64,000 bases of DNA from Chamaesiphon sp. Lineage in GTDB: Bacteria > Cyanobacteriota > Cyanobacteriia > Cyanobacteriales > Chamaesiphonaceae. Shown here in pieces: positions 19,673 to 29,078 of the stretch (position 1 is the first letter of the stretch; every line of letters starts with the position of its first letter). The notes below the pieces were generated by a model that was given only the letters and a program-made list of their open reading frames with translations, was not told the DNA's origin and did not search any database. The stretch is from contig CBDFFH010000027.1 in assembly GCA_965246715.1 (NCBI GenBank), positions 128,001-192,000 on the forward strand, in the 5' to 3' direction. The translations under genes were made by a program, and so were the position numbers.

Positions 19673-19809
19673 AGACCTCCTGCGAAAGTCCGAGTTCGAT
19701 CGGCACAACCTATAATTATCAACACGTTTAGCTAATCTTCTATTGTTAGCTAACAATGCTCGAAATGCTTGGTATTAAAGGATAGTTAAAACACTTTCGC
19801 AGGAGGTCT
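19673..19809. mobile_element. MITE, about 137 bp
   Basis: Perfect terminal inverted repeat AGACCTCCTGCGAAAGT / ACTTTCGCAGGAGGTCT; AAT on both flanks (or TA with a 1-bp shorter element); no transposase. Confidence 0.85.
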
Positions 19810-19919
19810 AATGATTTTAATAAATCATCATATGACACGATGTAGTAGCTGGAAAGTCATCGATAAGGTTTGGTCAGATAACTTTGCCATCGATTTAAAA
19901 TGAGTATTCTGGAATACCT

Positions 19920-20960
19920 TTAAGTATTCGGAGCAGTTAACCAGTTGTGTTGATAAAGATGGTTCCAAGCAGTGCGAAGGTGGCTAACCTTGAAGATATT
20001 CCGTTTGCGTTCGCTCCACTCTTGAACTAACTCGATCGCTCGATCGCAGTCAATTGCCGCTTGCGGATCTTCTTTTGCGACCCAGTGGACTGTTGCCAGC
20101 ATTTCCATTCCGTAGGGCGTTTCAAAGCCAACAATCAGGTTACTAACACGCTCTAAATGTGAATGAGATTCTTCACAACCCAAGAGAAATGCCTGCGCTT
20201 CTTCTCTTCCTGCGGGTAAAACAGCGATTTGAGAGTTTTGGGATCGATCTCCGTAACCTTTGATAAAATGTCCTTCAATTGCTTGCAGTACATGATTCAG
20301 GTTGTCAGCATAAGGCCCATACCGATCTTTTTGATAACGTAGTTTTAAGGGTTCACCTGCTTCTTGTAGGAAGTAAGCAAGTTTCTGAATCTCTAATTTG
20401 GAGAGACTGTAACCTGGAACACCGTATAAATCCAATAATCGAACGAATAAAGCACGAGGGCGGGTCATATTCGCCTTTTTAGTGCCAGCTTTCATCTTGT
20501 CCGCAGGTACGCCGCTAGGCTCGAAAATGATTACTTTAACTTCTGGTAAATTCTCAAACGCTTTGACGATCAGTGGCTTAACATCATTCCAATCCAGTCC
20601 ACCGTTACCACAACCAAGAGGTGGAATGGCGATAGATTCTATGCCCAGCCGTTGAACATCTGTTGCTAATGCTTCCAGTCCAGACTGAATATCATCAATT
20701 CTCGATTTTTCTTTCCAGTGACGTTTGGTAGGGAAGTTGATCGCATAGCGGGGGAAAAGCTTACCCGTTGAGACGATGAACATCTCTCCTGGCTTGACTT
20801 CCTTTGCTGTGCAAGCCTTTTTGTACTCTTTGAAAACTTCAGGAAAGACCTGTTTGAACTGCAAAGCAATACCTTTACCCATTACGCCAACACAATTAAC
20901 CGTGTTAACAAGGGCTACAGCATTCTCATCAAGGATGTTGCCTTGCTTAAATTCAATCAT
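19920..20960 (-). CDS. darG: DarG macrodomain antitoxin (DNA ADP-ribosyl glycohydrolase)
   Basis: VNTVNCVGVMGKGIA, NFPTKRHW, PPLGCGNGGL, then a DarG C-terminal domain (KLAYFLQ...YGPY...MEMLATVHW). Confidence 0.92.
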   Translation of the reverse strand: MIEFKQGNILDENAVALVNTVNCVGVMGKGIALQFKQVFPEVFKEYKKACTAKEVKPGEMFIVSTGKLFPRYAINFPTKRHWKEKSRIDDIQSGLEALATDVQRLGIESIAIPPLGCGNGGLDWNDVKPLIVKAFENLPEVKVIIFEPSGVPADKMKAGTKKANMTRPRALFVRLLDLYGVPGYSLSKLEIQKLAYFLQEAGEPLKLRYQKDRYGPYADNLNHVLQAIEGHFIKGYGDRSQNSQIAVLPAGREEAQAFLLGCEESHSHLERVSNLIVGFETPYGMEMLATVHWVAKEDPQAAIDCDRAIELVQEWSERKRNIFKVSHLRTAWNHLYQHNWLTAPNT

Positions 20961-21011
20961 GATTATCACCTTGTTCGTACAAAAGTACTAATACAAATAT
21001 TTTATCAATTA

Positions 21012-21641
21012 TTAGTAATACCAACTAGAGTAAACCTTCACAGGGGGGCAGTAGTTAACATTTTGCAACAATTCTTCAACTTTTCCTTTCATTTGGGGGT
21101 TGATTACACCAATCTCTCGAATCAGATGCCACGGACAAATTTGATGAACCAGAAATTCAGCTTGTCTCCTACACTTACGGTTAGGGTCATCTTCTGTATC
21201 AAACCAGTACCTCGATTGCATCAAGTTCCAGTCAATTACATCATCTAAGGCATTCAGATCGTTGTAAAAAGAGGAGTATCCCATAATGGCATGACCATCG
21301 GTAAATGCAAACTCGATCTCTGTCAATGAGATGGATTCAGCCTCACAAACAAAATAGATGACTGGATTTTGACCGTCTTGATAACCTGCAACATTGCCCA
21401 TTTTAATGGTGTAGAGCATTGGAGATCGTGGGGCAAAGTAGAAAGGTACATAGTCGTGCAACACTCCCTTTGCACCGCAGGGAACCTGAATAGTAGCTCT
21501 TCTATCTTGAATGCTTTGATGGGCTATATCTGCATAATTAATCTGTTGCCGATCGAGTGTATTCTTAGCCATCAACCCCCCCGCATCAATAATCGATTGT
21601 AGGTTTCGGAGATGCGTTATGTGATAGATAGAGGTAGGCAT
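21012..21641 (-). CDS. darT: DarT DNA ADP-ribosyltransferase toxin (DUF4433)
   Basis: YHITHLRNL, DYVPFYFAPRSPMLY, FTDGHA and RQAEFLV motifs. Confidence 0.92.
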   Translation of the reverse strand: MPTSIYHITHLRNLQSIIDAGGLMAKNTLDRQQINYADIAHQSIQDRRATIQVPCGAKGVLHDYVPFYFAPRSPMLYTIKMGNVAGYQDGQNPVIYFVCEAESISLTEIEFAFTDGHAIMGYSSFYNDLNALDDVIDWNLMQSRYWFDTEDDPNRKCRRQAEFLVHQICPWHLIREIGVINPQMKGKVEELLQNVNYCPPVKVYSSWYY

Positions 21642-21687
21642 CAGAATTTTGGCTACTATGACAGGTTTTAGATTAGCAACTTATAAA

Positions 21688-21720
21688 TGTTGAGTTTCGC
21701 TAATGCTCTACCCAACCTAC
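21688..21720 (-). repeat. GTAG-type REP-like element
   Basis: GTAGGTTGGGTAGAGCATTAGCGAAACTCAACA. Confidence 0.55.
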
Positions 21721-22051
21721 AACTTTTTTGTCCTGATTCACCGCTTAGCAACTCCCCGTGAGTAGTCGCCAGAGCTAACTCTCCTTGCACCAAATCGGCC
21801 TCTAAAGCTGATAATTCTTCAGCTTTGCGCTATAACTCCTCTAGCTCTGGGCTAAGTGAGATGACTAATCGATCGCTCATAACTAGATCCAAGACTCCGA
21901 AACATAGAATTAAGGTATGTGCGATATACCCAAACTTAGTATGCCCAAAATCTAGATCTGTAGTTCAATTAAGATGAATCCCGACAATCTACAAATATTG
22001 CAATCGGGAGCCTTTTGCCCACTTATTGCCGATCGACAGTTTACGCTCGAT

Positions 22052-22073
22052 TACCTCCAGTACGCTACGCGAA
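22052..22073 (+). repeat. Double-hairpin element, 22 nt, with a compensatory stem 2
   Basis: CGAT[TACC tcc AGTA CGC tac GCG AA]CG. Confidence 0.85.
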
Positions 22074-22110
22074 CGCATATATGGTGCTTAATCTAAGGCT
22101 GAAGCATGGC

Positions 22111-22162
22111 TTGACAATTAAGCAAATGCTAAAGTATCCTTTAGTTAAGCATTTGCTTAATT
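22111..22162 (+). promoter_or_regulatory. Promoter with two ArsR-type operator palindromes
   Basis: TTGACA-N18-TATCCT overlapped by AATTAAGCAAATGCTAAA, followed by TTAAGCATTTGCTTAATT. Confidence 0.75.
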
Positions 22163-22168
22163 ATCTCT

Positions 22169-22492
22169 ATGAGTCGATCGACTGCCAGTACCGACATTTT
22201 TCAAGCGATCGCCGATCCCACTCGGCGGGCGATTCTGGATCGTTTGCAGTGTGGCGAGCAGCCTGTCAAGCACCTTGCGGAACCCTTCGCAATGTCTTTA
22301 CCTGCCATTTCGCAACACTTGCAAGTCTTATCCGCAGCGGGATTAGTCATCCAGCACCGCCGGGGACGACAGCGCATCTACCGACTCAATCCAGCATCCC
22401 TCAAGCCAGTATCAGACTGGTTAAGTCAGTACGAACAGTTTTGGACGGCAAAACTGGATGCTTTAGGAGAGTATCTGGAGGAACAACTATGA
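22169..22492 (+). CDS. ArsR/SmtB family regulator
   Basis: FQAIADPTRRAIL...PAISQHLQVL...GRQRIYRL. Confidence 0.93.
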   Translation: MSRSTASTDIFQAIADPTRRAILDRLQCGEQPVKHLAEPFAMSLPAISQHLQVLSAAGLVIQHRRGRQRIYRLNPASLKPVSDWLSQYEQFWTAKLDALGEYLEEQL

Positions 22493-23442
22493 ACCAGGAG
22501 ATGGAGCTGGAAACATTTTATCCCCATCCACCGGAGCGCGTGTGGCAGGCATTGACCGATCGCCGTGCTTTGAGTGTCTGGATGATGAACAACGATTTTG
22601 AAGCTTGCTTGGGGCATCAGTTTCGGTTTGAAAGTTGTCCGCTACCAGGTTTAAAAGTCACAATTTACTGCCAAGTGTTAGAAGTGGAAGCACCAAAACG
22701 CCTAGTTTATAGCTGGAAAGAGCATCCCTCGGATATAGCGTCACGAGTAATCTGGACATTATTTCCAGTCGAAGGCGGCACCCAAGTCCGACTTCAGCAT
22801 CGAGGTACAGGTGCTGTGTCAATTCCTGTATTTGGGCGGCCAATCGCCGATCGATCTCGTAGGGAGATTGACTCTCAATTCACATCTGGGACAGCGATCG
22901 CACATCCCTTCCAGACAGCCGCTTCTACCTCAAAAGACGGCTTACATCGATATTCGGGATTCCCGAACTACCAAATCAACTGGCATTACTGGTTGCACCA
23001 AAAATTACCTGGAGTATTAACTATGAGTTCAAATCAACAGCTTCTGCAAAGTTTATACGCAGCCTTCAATAACCGCGAGCTGGAAACAATCATCTCGGTG
23101 ATGCACCCAGAGGTGAAATGGGCGAACGGGGTAGAAGGCGGTTTCGTCTATGGACGCGACGCGGTGCGCGAATACTGGACTAATCAATATAAAGTTATTC
23201 AAGTGCAGCTTGAAACCTTAAAGTTTGAGACGGATGAAAAGAATCGCAATGTCGTTACCGTTCATCAAATCGTCAGAGATTTACAAGGCAATCTGCTTGC
23301 GGATATGACAGTTAAGCAAATCTTTACCATTGAGAATGATGCGTTGGCACAGCCCCTCTGCAAGAGGATCGTGCTTTATGAAATTGGCGAAACTGAAACC
23401 ATCCAAGAGATGATTCAACAGACGAAAGCTGCCAACGATTGA
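22489..23442 (+). CDS. SRPBCC (AHSA1-like) protein read in frame into a SnoaL-like domain (second ATG with RBS at 23023)
   Basis: PPERVWQALTD...RLVYSW...GGTQVRLQH, then LYAAFNNRE...GRDAVREYW; ATGA overlap with arsR. Confidence 0.8.
   Translation: MNQEMELETFYPHPPERVWQALTDRRALSVWMMNNDFEACLGHQFRFESCPLPGLKVTIYCQVLEVEAPKRLVYSWKEHPSDIASRVIWTLFPVEGGTQVRLQHRGTGAVSIPVFGRPIADRSRREIDSQFTSGTAIAHPFQTAASTSKDGLHRYSGFPNYQINWHYWLHQKLPGVLTMSSNQQLLQSLYAAFNNRELETIISVMHPEVKWANGVEGGFVYGRDAVREYWTNQYKVIQVQLETLKFETDEKNRNVVTVHQIVRDLQGNLLADMTVKQIFTIENDALAQPLCKRIVLYEIGETETIQEMIQQTKAAND
23344..23367 (-). repeat. Double-hairpin element, 24 nt, in frame in the SnoaL domain
   Basis: Minus strand CGAT[CCTCT tgc AGAGG GGC tgt GCC AA]CG; adds LAQPLCKR. 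Confidence 0.9.
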
Positions 23443-23463
23443 GCAAAGCCCACACTTCGCGAA
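23440..23463 (+). repeat. Double-hairpin element, 24 nt, degenerate; supplies the TGA stop
   Basis: CGAT[TGAGC aaa GCCCA CAC ttc GCG AA]CG. Confidence 0.75.
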
Positions 23464-23481
23464 CGATGATGTTTCGGCGAT

Positions 23482-23503
23482 TACCTCCGGTAGGCTTCGC
23501 CAA
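23482..23503 (+). repeat. Double-hairpin element, 22 nt
   Basis: GCGAT[TACC tcc GGTA GGC ttc GCC AA]CG. Confidence 0.9.
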
Positions 23504-23729
23504 CGATCGAGCAGGGATCGATCGAAGCCATAGAAGTCTGTCCACTTCCAGCGTCCGGCTCTGGTGCCTAAAGTCCGCGCTCCAGCGATCAAAGGCACGA
23601 CAACATCTATAGAACCCATTTAAGATCTTTTTAGGCGAGGGCTGTTGTCGTTACAATTTTATTTACAGATAATATCCCGATTTAGGGTGATATCAAGAAA
23701 CTTTCTGGATATCATCCCGATTTCCAGGA

Positions 23730-23766
23730 AATAGGCGGAAAGTTTCCATATAATAAGTAGTCAGGC
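23730..23766 (+). other. attI-like site (core mutated GTT>GTC)
   Basis: AATAGGCGGAAAGTTTCCATATAATAAGTA-GTCAGGC resembles the attI at 40537-40572; GTCAGGC complements the downstream inverse core GCCTAAC at 6 of 7 positions. Confidence 0.65.
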
Positions 23767-23816
23767 TAACAAAAACACCCGTCCGCGCGACTACCTACTG
23801 ATAATGGAGCCAAGAA

Positions 23817-24029
23817 ATGACGACTGAGCCAAATGTGAAGGGGCCTGCTGCTTATTTTCCGTCAATTGAGAAGAAATACGAAAAGCCAATGAGCTACTGG
23901 TTCGCGCTCGTAGATGAACAGAGCGGTCTAAAACACATGGAAATCGTGAACTGGCTAAAGTCCGAGCATGGAATGGGGCATGGCTACGCAAACGCAGTAG
24001 TTGCTTACCACCTTGCCAAGAAGTCATAA
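23817..24029 (+). CDS. DUF4287 family protein (gene cassette)
   Basis: KGPAAYFPSIEKKY...KHMEIVNWLKSEHGMGHGYANA. Confidence 0.85.
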   Translation: MTTEPNVKGPAAYFPSIEKKYEKPMSYWFALVDEQSGLKHMEIVNWLKSEHGMGHGYANAVVAYHLAKKS

Positions 24030-24043
24030 CATGGTGCGGATTT

Positions 24044-24101
24044 GCCTAACTCTTCTTTGCCGCCGAACGCTTTCGACGGCGGCTGACCTCTGACGTTAGA
24101 C
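24044..24101 (+). other. attC site, 58 bp
   Basis: GCCTAAC ... GCCGCCGAA-cgct-TTCGACGGC ... GTTAGAC (RYYYAAC / GTTRRRY with an inner stem). Confidence 0.8.
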
Positions 24102-24471
24102 AGACAGATGTTCAGTAGCTTTTAACTTTCACTGTTTGTTCCTATAACTAATTCAAGTTTGAGATCGCGCATTGCTCAAGAGATCTCAAATAGGTTCTAT
24201 ATATTTAGCTTTGTCAGATGAGGGTGGGCAAATTACTGGTAAGTACTGGTCTAATTCCAAAATCGATCGACCTTCAGAACTTTCAACAGATATGGATTTG
24301 GCCGAACAATTAGTAGCTAAGTGTCATGAGCCAACCAAAATCTAAACACCAAAACCGATCGCGTTCTTGCTGTCTTGGATGTATTGCTTCGGAGTAATGG
24401 ACACCAGCCGCTTGAAGTGCGAACCAAAGTGGCTTTGACTCACAAATCCAGTTTCAATAGCTACACTCTCG

Positions 24472-24496
24472 TTGGCGAAGCCTCTCCTTCAGGAGA
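24472..24496 (-). repeat. Double-hairpin element, 25 nt
   Basis: Minus strand CGAT[TCTCC tgaa GGAGA GGC ttc GCC AA]CG; the paralog has an empty TCGATCGA. Confidence 0.92.
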
Positions 24497-24592
24497 ATCG
24501 ATTTCTTTTTTCTAAGTAGACGTTTTGCCTGTAAAATTCGCAATTGAATTTGATAAGCGTGCGGCGGCATTCCAAAAGTTCTGCTAAAAGAT

Positions 24593-24614
24593 TACCTCCG
24601 GTAGGCTATGCCAA
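24593..24614 (+). repeat. Double-hairpin element, 22 nt
   Basis: AGAT[TACC tcc GGTA GGC tat GCC AA]CG. Confidence 0.92.
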
Positions 24615-25183
24615 CGGTTGAGATGAAAGGAACTCAAATTCGCCACCTGTGCCAATTGCTCTAACGATATTTCTCGATTGTAATTATCTTCTAGATAGTC
24701 ACGAACGTGATGGACAGGCTGAATTTCCGTTTCTAAATTGGCGAGATCCGGTGGTTTTTCTGAATAGCGGAGAATTAATTGTGCTAACAAATCTAGGGTC
24801 AATGTTTGTTGTTCGAGACCAGAGGTAGATCGTTCGATGGCTTGATGAACTCGAACGAATTGGGTATTAAAGTCGCCGTCATGGACTAATGGCAGTGGGA
24901 AAAGTGGCAGATCTGTCTCGCGTCCCGCAACTTCTGTCGCCACTTGTTGAAGTAAATCTATACCCACCCGTAGCCCGCGAAAAGTGCCGCTCCGCTCGCT
25001 AGGAGCATCGACTTGATGCAATTCACCTGGCTGTGTCACAACTAAGGTTTCTGAGGACACGCTGTGGATCGTGCCTCGGTAGTTTAACTGCCAGCCGTTA
25101 CCCTGTCTAAGGTTAAGCTCCAGTTCTTCATGAAAATGGCGGGGCAATGAAAAGCTTTTACAAGTATTCTGAAAGAATTCGAT

Positions 25184-25205
25184 TACCTCCGGTAGGCTAC
25201 GCCAA
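25184..25205 (+). repeat. Double-hairpin element, 22 nt
   Basis: CGAT[TACCTCCGGTAGGCTACGCCAA]CG; the paralog has an empty site at 26534-26539. Confidence 0.93.
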
Positions 25206-25294
25206 CGATGGCAGGTATCGCGATCGCCAAAGTTTAGGACGTAATAGATCTTCTTTCATCGGCAGATTTGCTTTCATAAATAGATTTAAGGAAC

Positions 25295-25669
25295 TCAAGT
25301 TTGTGCCAGCACAAGTGACTTGTTAAACTGCCGCAGGGGTTCAATTTTGACTGGCAGTTTCTCTCCTAACCACAGAGCATAATCTGTATGGTCTGCCACT
25401 GCATCTCCCGTATTAGGGTGAATGAGAATATCTAAGTTTTCGCGGTGCAGCATTAGCCAAGGCACGACCTTATCGAACTGATCTAAGGCAAAAGCAGCCT
25501 GGTACATCGACTTTGGATGAGGGCCGATCGGTCGATCGTGCCAGCTTCCCAACTGCACTTCAAAGCGATCGCCTAATCCATACCGCACACGCTCTGCCAT
25601 CTCGCGGGTCGTGAGGTCGTAATAAATATGGGCATGAAAGCTGGTAATTTCAGCGGTGTGTTCCAGCAT
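25295..25669 (-). CDS. DOPA 4,5-dioxygenase family protein
   Basis: FHAHIYY, PIGPHP, LIHPNTG...DHT and ALWLG motifs. Confidence 0.92.
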   Translation of the reverse strand: MLEHTAEITSFHAHIYYDLTTREMAERVRYGLGDRFEVQLGSWHDRPIGPHPKSMYQAAFALDQFDKVVPWLMLHRENLDILIHPNTGDAVADHTDYALWLGEKLPVKIEPLRQFNKSLVLAQT

Positions 25670-25730
25670 GTATTTTAATTTTGCCGATTTTGGATGTTAT
25701 GACTTTCTGGTTAAGAACGAACGTGCCTAT

Positions 25731-25790
25731 AACCTAACAAATCTAAACACTGAAACTTATCATGTTCTTGCTGTCTCGAACGTATTGCAT
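25731..25790 (-). promoter_or_regulatory. Putative AraC-activated promoter embedded in the araC 3' end
   Basis: CGAGACAGCAAGAACATGATA-N21-TAGGTT. Confidence 0.65.
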
Positions 25791-26591
25791 CGGCGTAACG
25801 AAAACGAGCCGCTTGAAGTGCGTTCCAAAGTGGCTTTGACTCGCAAATCCGGTGGCAATGGCTACTTTTTCGATCGATAGCTCCTGTCTGAGTAGCCTTT
25901 TTGCTTGCAATATTCGCACTTGAATTTGATAAGCGTGCGGTGGCATTCCAAATATTTGGCGAAACGAGCGATTGAGATGAAACGAACTCAAATCGGCAAT
26001 CTGTGCTAGTTGCTCTAGCGAGATCTCTCGACTGTAATGGTCTTCGAGATACGATCGAACGCGCTCGATGGGCTGACGTTCTTGTCCTAATCTAACCAGA
26101 CAAGGTGGATTGTCAGCACAGCGCAGAATCAATCGTGCTACCAAATCCTGGATCGTAGTTTGTTGTTCGAGTTGAGAACCCGATTGCGATATGGATTGAT
26201 GAACTCGCACGATTTGGTGAGTGAGATCGCGGTCGTGGACTAACGGCTTCGGAAAAAATGGCACCGCTGTTTTGTGTCCAGCAATTTCTAGAGCAACTTG
26301 TTGAAGTAAATCTAGATCGATCCGTAGCCCTCGAAATGTACAGTCTCGCTCGCTCATCCAATTAGCATGATGGACTTCGCCAGGTTGTGTCACTACTAAG
26401 GTATCTGACGGAACGCTATACATCGCGCCGCGATAGTTAAACTGCCACCCGTCACCTTGTCTAATGACAAGCTCCAGTTCCTCATGAAAATGGCGGGGCA
26501 ATGAAGCGGCTTTAGAAACACTATGCACCAACTCGATCGATGGCAGGTAGTGCGATCTCCAAACTCTAATGTGTGAGTGATTTACTTTCAT
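25743..26591 (-). CDS. AraC family transcriptional regulator (intact)
   Basis: PRHFHEE ligand-binding domain; GMPPHAY and GFASQSHF HTH motifs. Confidence 0.94.
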   Translation of the reverse strand: MKVNHSHIRVWRSHYLPSIELVHSVSKAASLPRHFHEELELVIRQGDGWQFNYRGAMYSVPSDTLVVTQPGEVHHANWMSERDCTFRGLRIDLDLLQQVALEIAGHKTAVPFFPKPLVHDRDLTHQIVRVHQSISQSGSQLEQQTTIQDLVARLILRCADNPPCLVRLGQERQPIERVRSYLEDHYSREISLEQLAQIADLSSFHLNRSFRQIFGMPPHAYQIQVRILQAKRLLRQELSIEKVAIATGFASQSHFGTHFKRLVFVTPMQYVRDSKNMISFSV

Positions 26592-26696
26592 AGGTGATGT
26601 TTCTAGTCGGATCGCTCGTCAGTGCCAGGGCGGACTGCTGCGACATCGCGGTAATTTACAGAGGATGCTGTCGCTGGCTTGGAGTAGGGCAGGGTT

Positions 26697-28142
26697 TTAC
26701 TCGACAATTTGAGCTTTTGCCCCTCGGCAGTCTGTTTCCCTCACTACAAATAAGGCAACCAGTAGTCCGACGATCGCGAAACCAACACTACCGATCTCTG
26801 CGGCTCCAAATCCTGCGGTCAATGCGATTCGCCCCGCATCTGCCACTCCATCCAACTGAGCGAGCCTTGCCTGCGTTCGAGCCGTTGAGACGGCAATCAG
26901 GATGGCGAGTCCCAACGCCGCTCCAATCTGCTGTGAGGTGTTGAGTAATCCAGATGCCATCCCTTGTTCGCGATCGCTAATGCCCGCCGTCGCCGCGATC
27001 GTCACCGAAACCAGAGTCATCACGAAGCCCAAGCCAATGATGACCGTACCGGGCAACAAATCCCGCACGAAGTTGCCCTGCACCGGAATGCGGCTCAGGT
27101 GTAAGAGTCCGACTACTACCAGCGTTATGCTGCCTGTCAGCGTCGTTTTGATGCCAAATCGGGTCGCACTTTGGGACGCGATCGGGGCAGCAACCATCGA
27201 GGCGATCGCATGGGGCAAAAATGCCAGTCCGGTTTGCAGAGCCGAATAGTGCAGCACCTGCTGCATGTACAGGGTCAAAATGAAAATCGTCGAGCCGATT
27301 GCGGCGTTCATGAGTAGTCCAATCAGATTTGCCCCAGTTAATGTTTGCAAGCGAAAGATATCCAGTGACACGAGCGGATCTTGAGCATGTGCCTCAATCC
27401 AAACAAATGCTGCCAGTAGTACCAGCGCGATCGCAAATAAAATCAACGTTGGCGCAGAACTCCAGCCCGATCCACTCGCTTGCTCTAACGCGTAAACCAG
27501 CACCACCAGTCCAGATGTCACCGTCACTGCCCCCAGGAGATCGATTTTATGGCCGCTCGATCGCGCTTGGCTTTCTGGCAGCAGGATTGGTGTGAAGAAA
27601 AGGGTCAACAAGCCGAGTGGCACATTCACAAACATCACCCATCGCCAGCTCAAGGCATCCGTAAGAATGCCACCGAGTAATACACCCACCGCAAACCCAC
27701 CCGCCGAGATCGCCCCCCAAACACTCAAAGCACGATTCCGAGCTGCTCCCTCAGCAAAAGTGGTAGTCAGAATCGAGAGGGCTGCTGGAGAAACGATCGC
27801 CGCTCCCAGTCCTTGCACGGCACGAGCCACAACCAGGATCGCTTGAGACTGAGCTAGACCCCCGATTAAAGAAGCGATTGTAAACAGTCCCAACCCGATC
27901 GTCAAGACGCGTCGCCGCCCAAACAAATCTGCCGCTCTACCGCCCAGCAGCAAAAAGCCGCCAAACGCGAGTGAATAAGCACTGACTATCCACTGTAAAT
28001 TTTGCTGCGAGAAGCCCAAATCACGCTGGATGGAGTGGAGTGCCACGTTGACGATCGAGAAGTCGAGTACCATCATGAACCGAGCCGCACAGAGCAGCAG
28101 CAGGATCGGCCACGAGCGAGAGTTCGGTGTAGTTTGAGTCAT
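26697..28142 (-). CDS. DHA2 (EmrB/QacA-like) MFS efflux transporter
   Basis: LDFSIVNVAL, GGRAADLFGRRR and WRWVMFVNVP motifs. Confidence 0.93.
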   Translation of the reverse strand: MTQTTPNSRSWPILLLLCAARFMMVLDFSIVNVALHSIQRDLGFSQQNLQWIVSAYSLAFGGFLLLGGRAADLFGRRRVLTIGLGLFTIASLIGGLAQSQAILVVARAVQGLGAAIVSPAALSILTTTFAEGAARNRALSVWGAISAGGFAVGVLLGGILTDALSWRWVMFVNVPLGLLTLFFTPILLPESQARSSGHKIDLLGAVTVTSGLVVLVYALEQASGSGWSSAPTLILFAIALVLLAAFVWIEAHAQDPLVSLDIFRLQTLTGANLIGLLMNAAIGSTIFILTLYMQQVLHYSALQTGLAFLPHAIASMVAAPIASQSATRFGIKTTLTGSITLVVVGLLHLSRIPVQGNFVRDLLPGTVIIGLGFVMTLVSVTIAATAGISDREQGMASGLLNTSQQIGAALGLAILIAVSTARTQARLAQLDGVADAGRIALTAGFGAAEIGSVGFAIVGLLVALFVVRETDCRGAKAQIVE

Positions 28143-28256
28143 TTGAGATTACTAATTTGGCAACTCCTCGGAACGTTGATTTACAAAGCATGAACGGTCG
28201 AATTTAGAACTCGAAATCTCAAGCCTGGTTGGAGGTTCGGGCGATCGAAATCTCAG

Positions 28257-28997
28257 TTACATGTTTGCGCCGCCATTGGCACAAATATCTTGTCCGGTTA
28301 ACCACCGCCCTTCTTCGCTTACCAAAAATGCCACCACGGCTGCGATGTCTTGGGGCGTTCCGACGCGATTGAAGGGAGAACTGGCAGCGGCTCGCTGCTG
28401 CACTTCTGGCGGCAAATTGCCAAACATTCCAGGAATTGTGGGACCAGGCGTGACGGTATTGACGGTAATGCCGCGAGATCCAACTTCCTTTGCCATCACG
28501 ACGGTAAACAGCTTGATGGCTGCCTTACTCGCTGTATAAAGTGCCATCCCCGATTCAGGATAAAAGGTGGTCGAAGAGGAAATATTAACGATTCTGCCAC
28601 CGTCATTCATGTGTTTAGAGGCTTCCTGCAACGCAAACAAAACGCCGCGAACATTCAGGTCAAATACTTTGTCGTACTCGTCTTCAGTCACATCCGAGAT
28701 CGCGCCCATAAAACTCATGCCAGCATTGTTAACCAGAATATCGATGCGACCAAAGTGCTGCATCGTCTCAGCGAACAGACGGCGAATATCCGCCACCTGA
28801 CTCAGACTGGCTTGGATTGCCACGCTCTTACTACCCGCTGCGGCAATCGCCTCTACAACTTCATTGGCTTCCCGTTCACTGCCAGAATAGTTGATGACCA
28901 CCGTTGCCCCGTCGCGTCCCAACTGTTCCGCAATGCCTCGCCCGATGCCGCGCGACGAGCCAGTCACGATCGCCACTTTTCCAGTTAAAGGTGCCAT
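28257..28997 (-). CDS. SDR family oxidoreductase
   Basis: TGSSRGIG, NNAG and YTASK motifs. Confidence 0.93.
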   Translation of the reverse strand: MAPLTGKVAIVTGSSRGIGRGIAEQLGRDGATVVINYSGSEREANEVVEAIAAAGSKSVAIQASLSQVADIRRLFAETMQHFGRIDILVNNAGMSFMGAISDVTEDEYDKVFDLNVRGVLFALQEASKHMNDGGRIVNISSSTTFYPESGMALYTASKAAIKLFTVVMAKEVGSRGITVNTVTPGPTIPGMFGNLPPEVQQRAAASSPFNRVGTPQDIAAVVAFLVSEEGRWLTGQDICANGGANM

Positions 28998-29078
28998 AAA
29001 TGATTGTCCTCTATGTTAATTATTCAGCCGCTTGCACGAACGGCGATCGATCGGATGATTGACAAAGATCGCCAGAAA

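Larger units (their letters stand above)
24310..25277 (-). pseudogene. AraC family regulator interrupted by three micro-elements
   Basis: Removing 25184-25205, 24593-24614 and 24472-24496 gives an ORF collinear with 25743-26591. Confidence 0.9.

Noticed and set aside
22015..22488. N-terminal part of the 475-aa ORF
   Set aside because: It overlaps arsR in another frame and crosses its promoter; the real start is 22489.
23344..25205. Clustered short palindromic repeats as a CRISPR array
   Set aside because: Spacing is irregular, orientations are mixed, copies lie inside genes and no cas genes are present; they are dispersed insertions.
28350..28988. 212-aa plus-strand ORF and similar antisense ORFs (e.g. 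44802-45524, 46080-46724)
   Set aside because: Shadow ORFs opposite well-supported genes.
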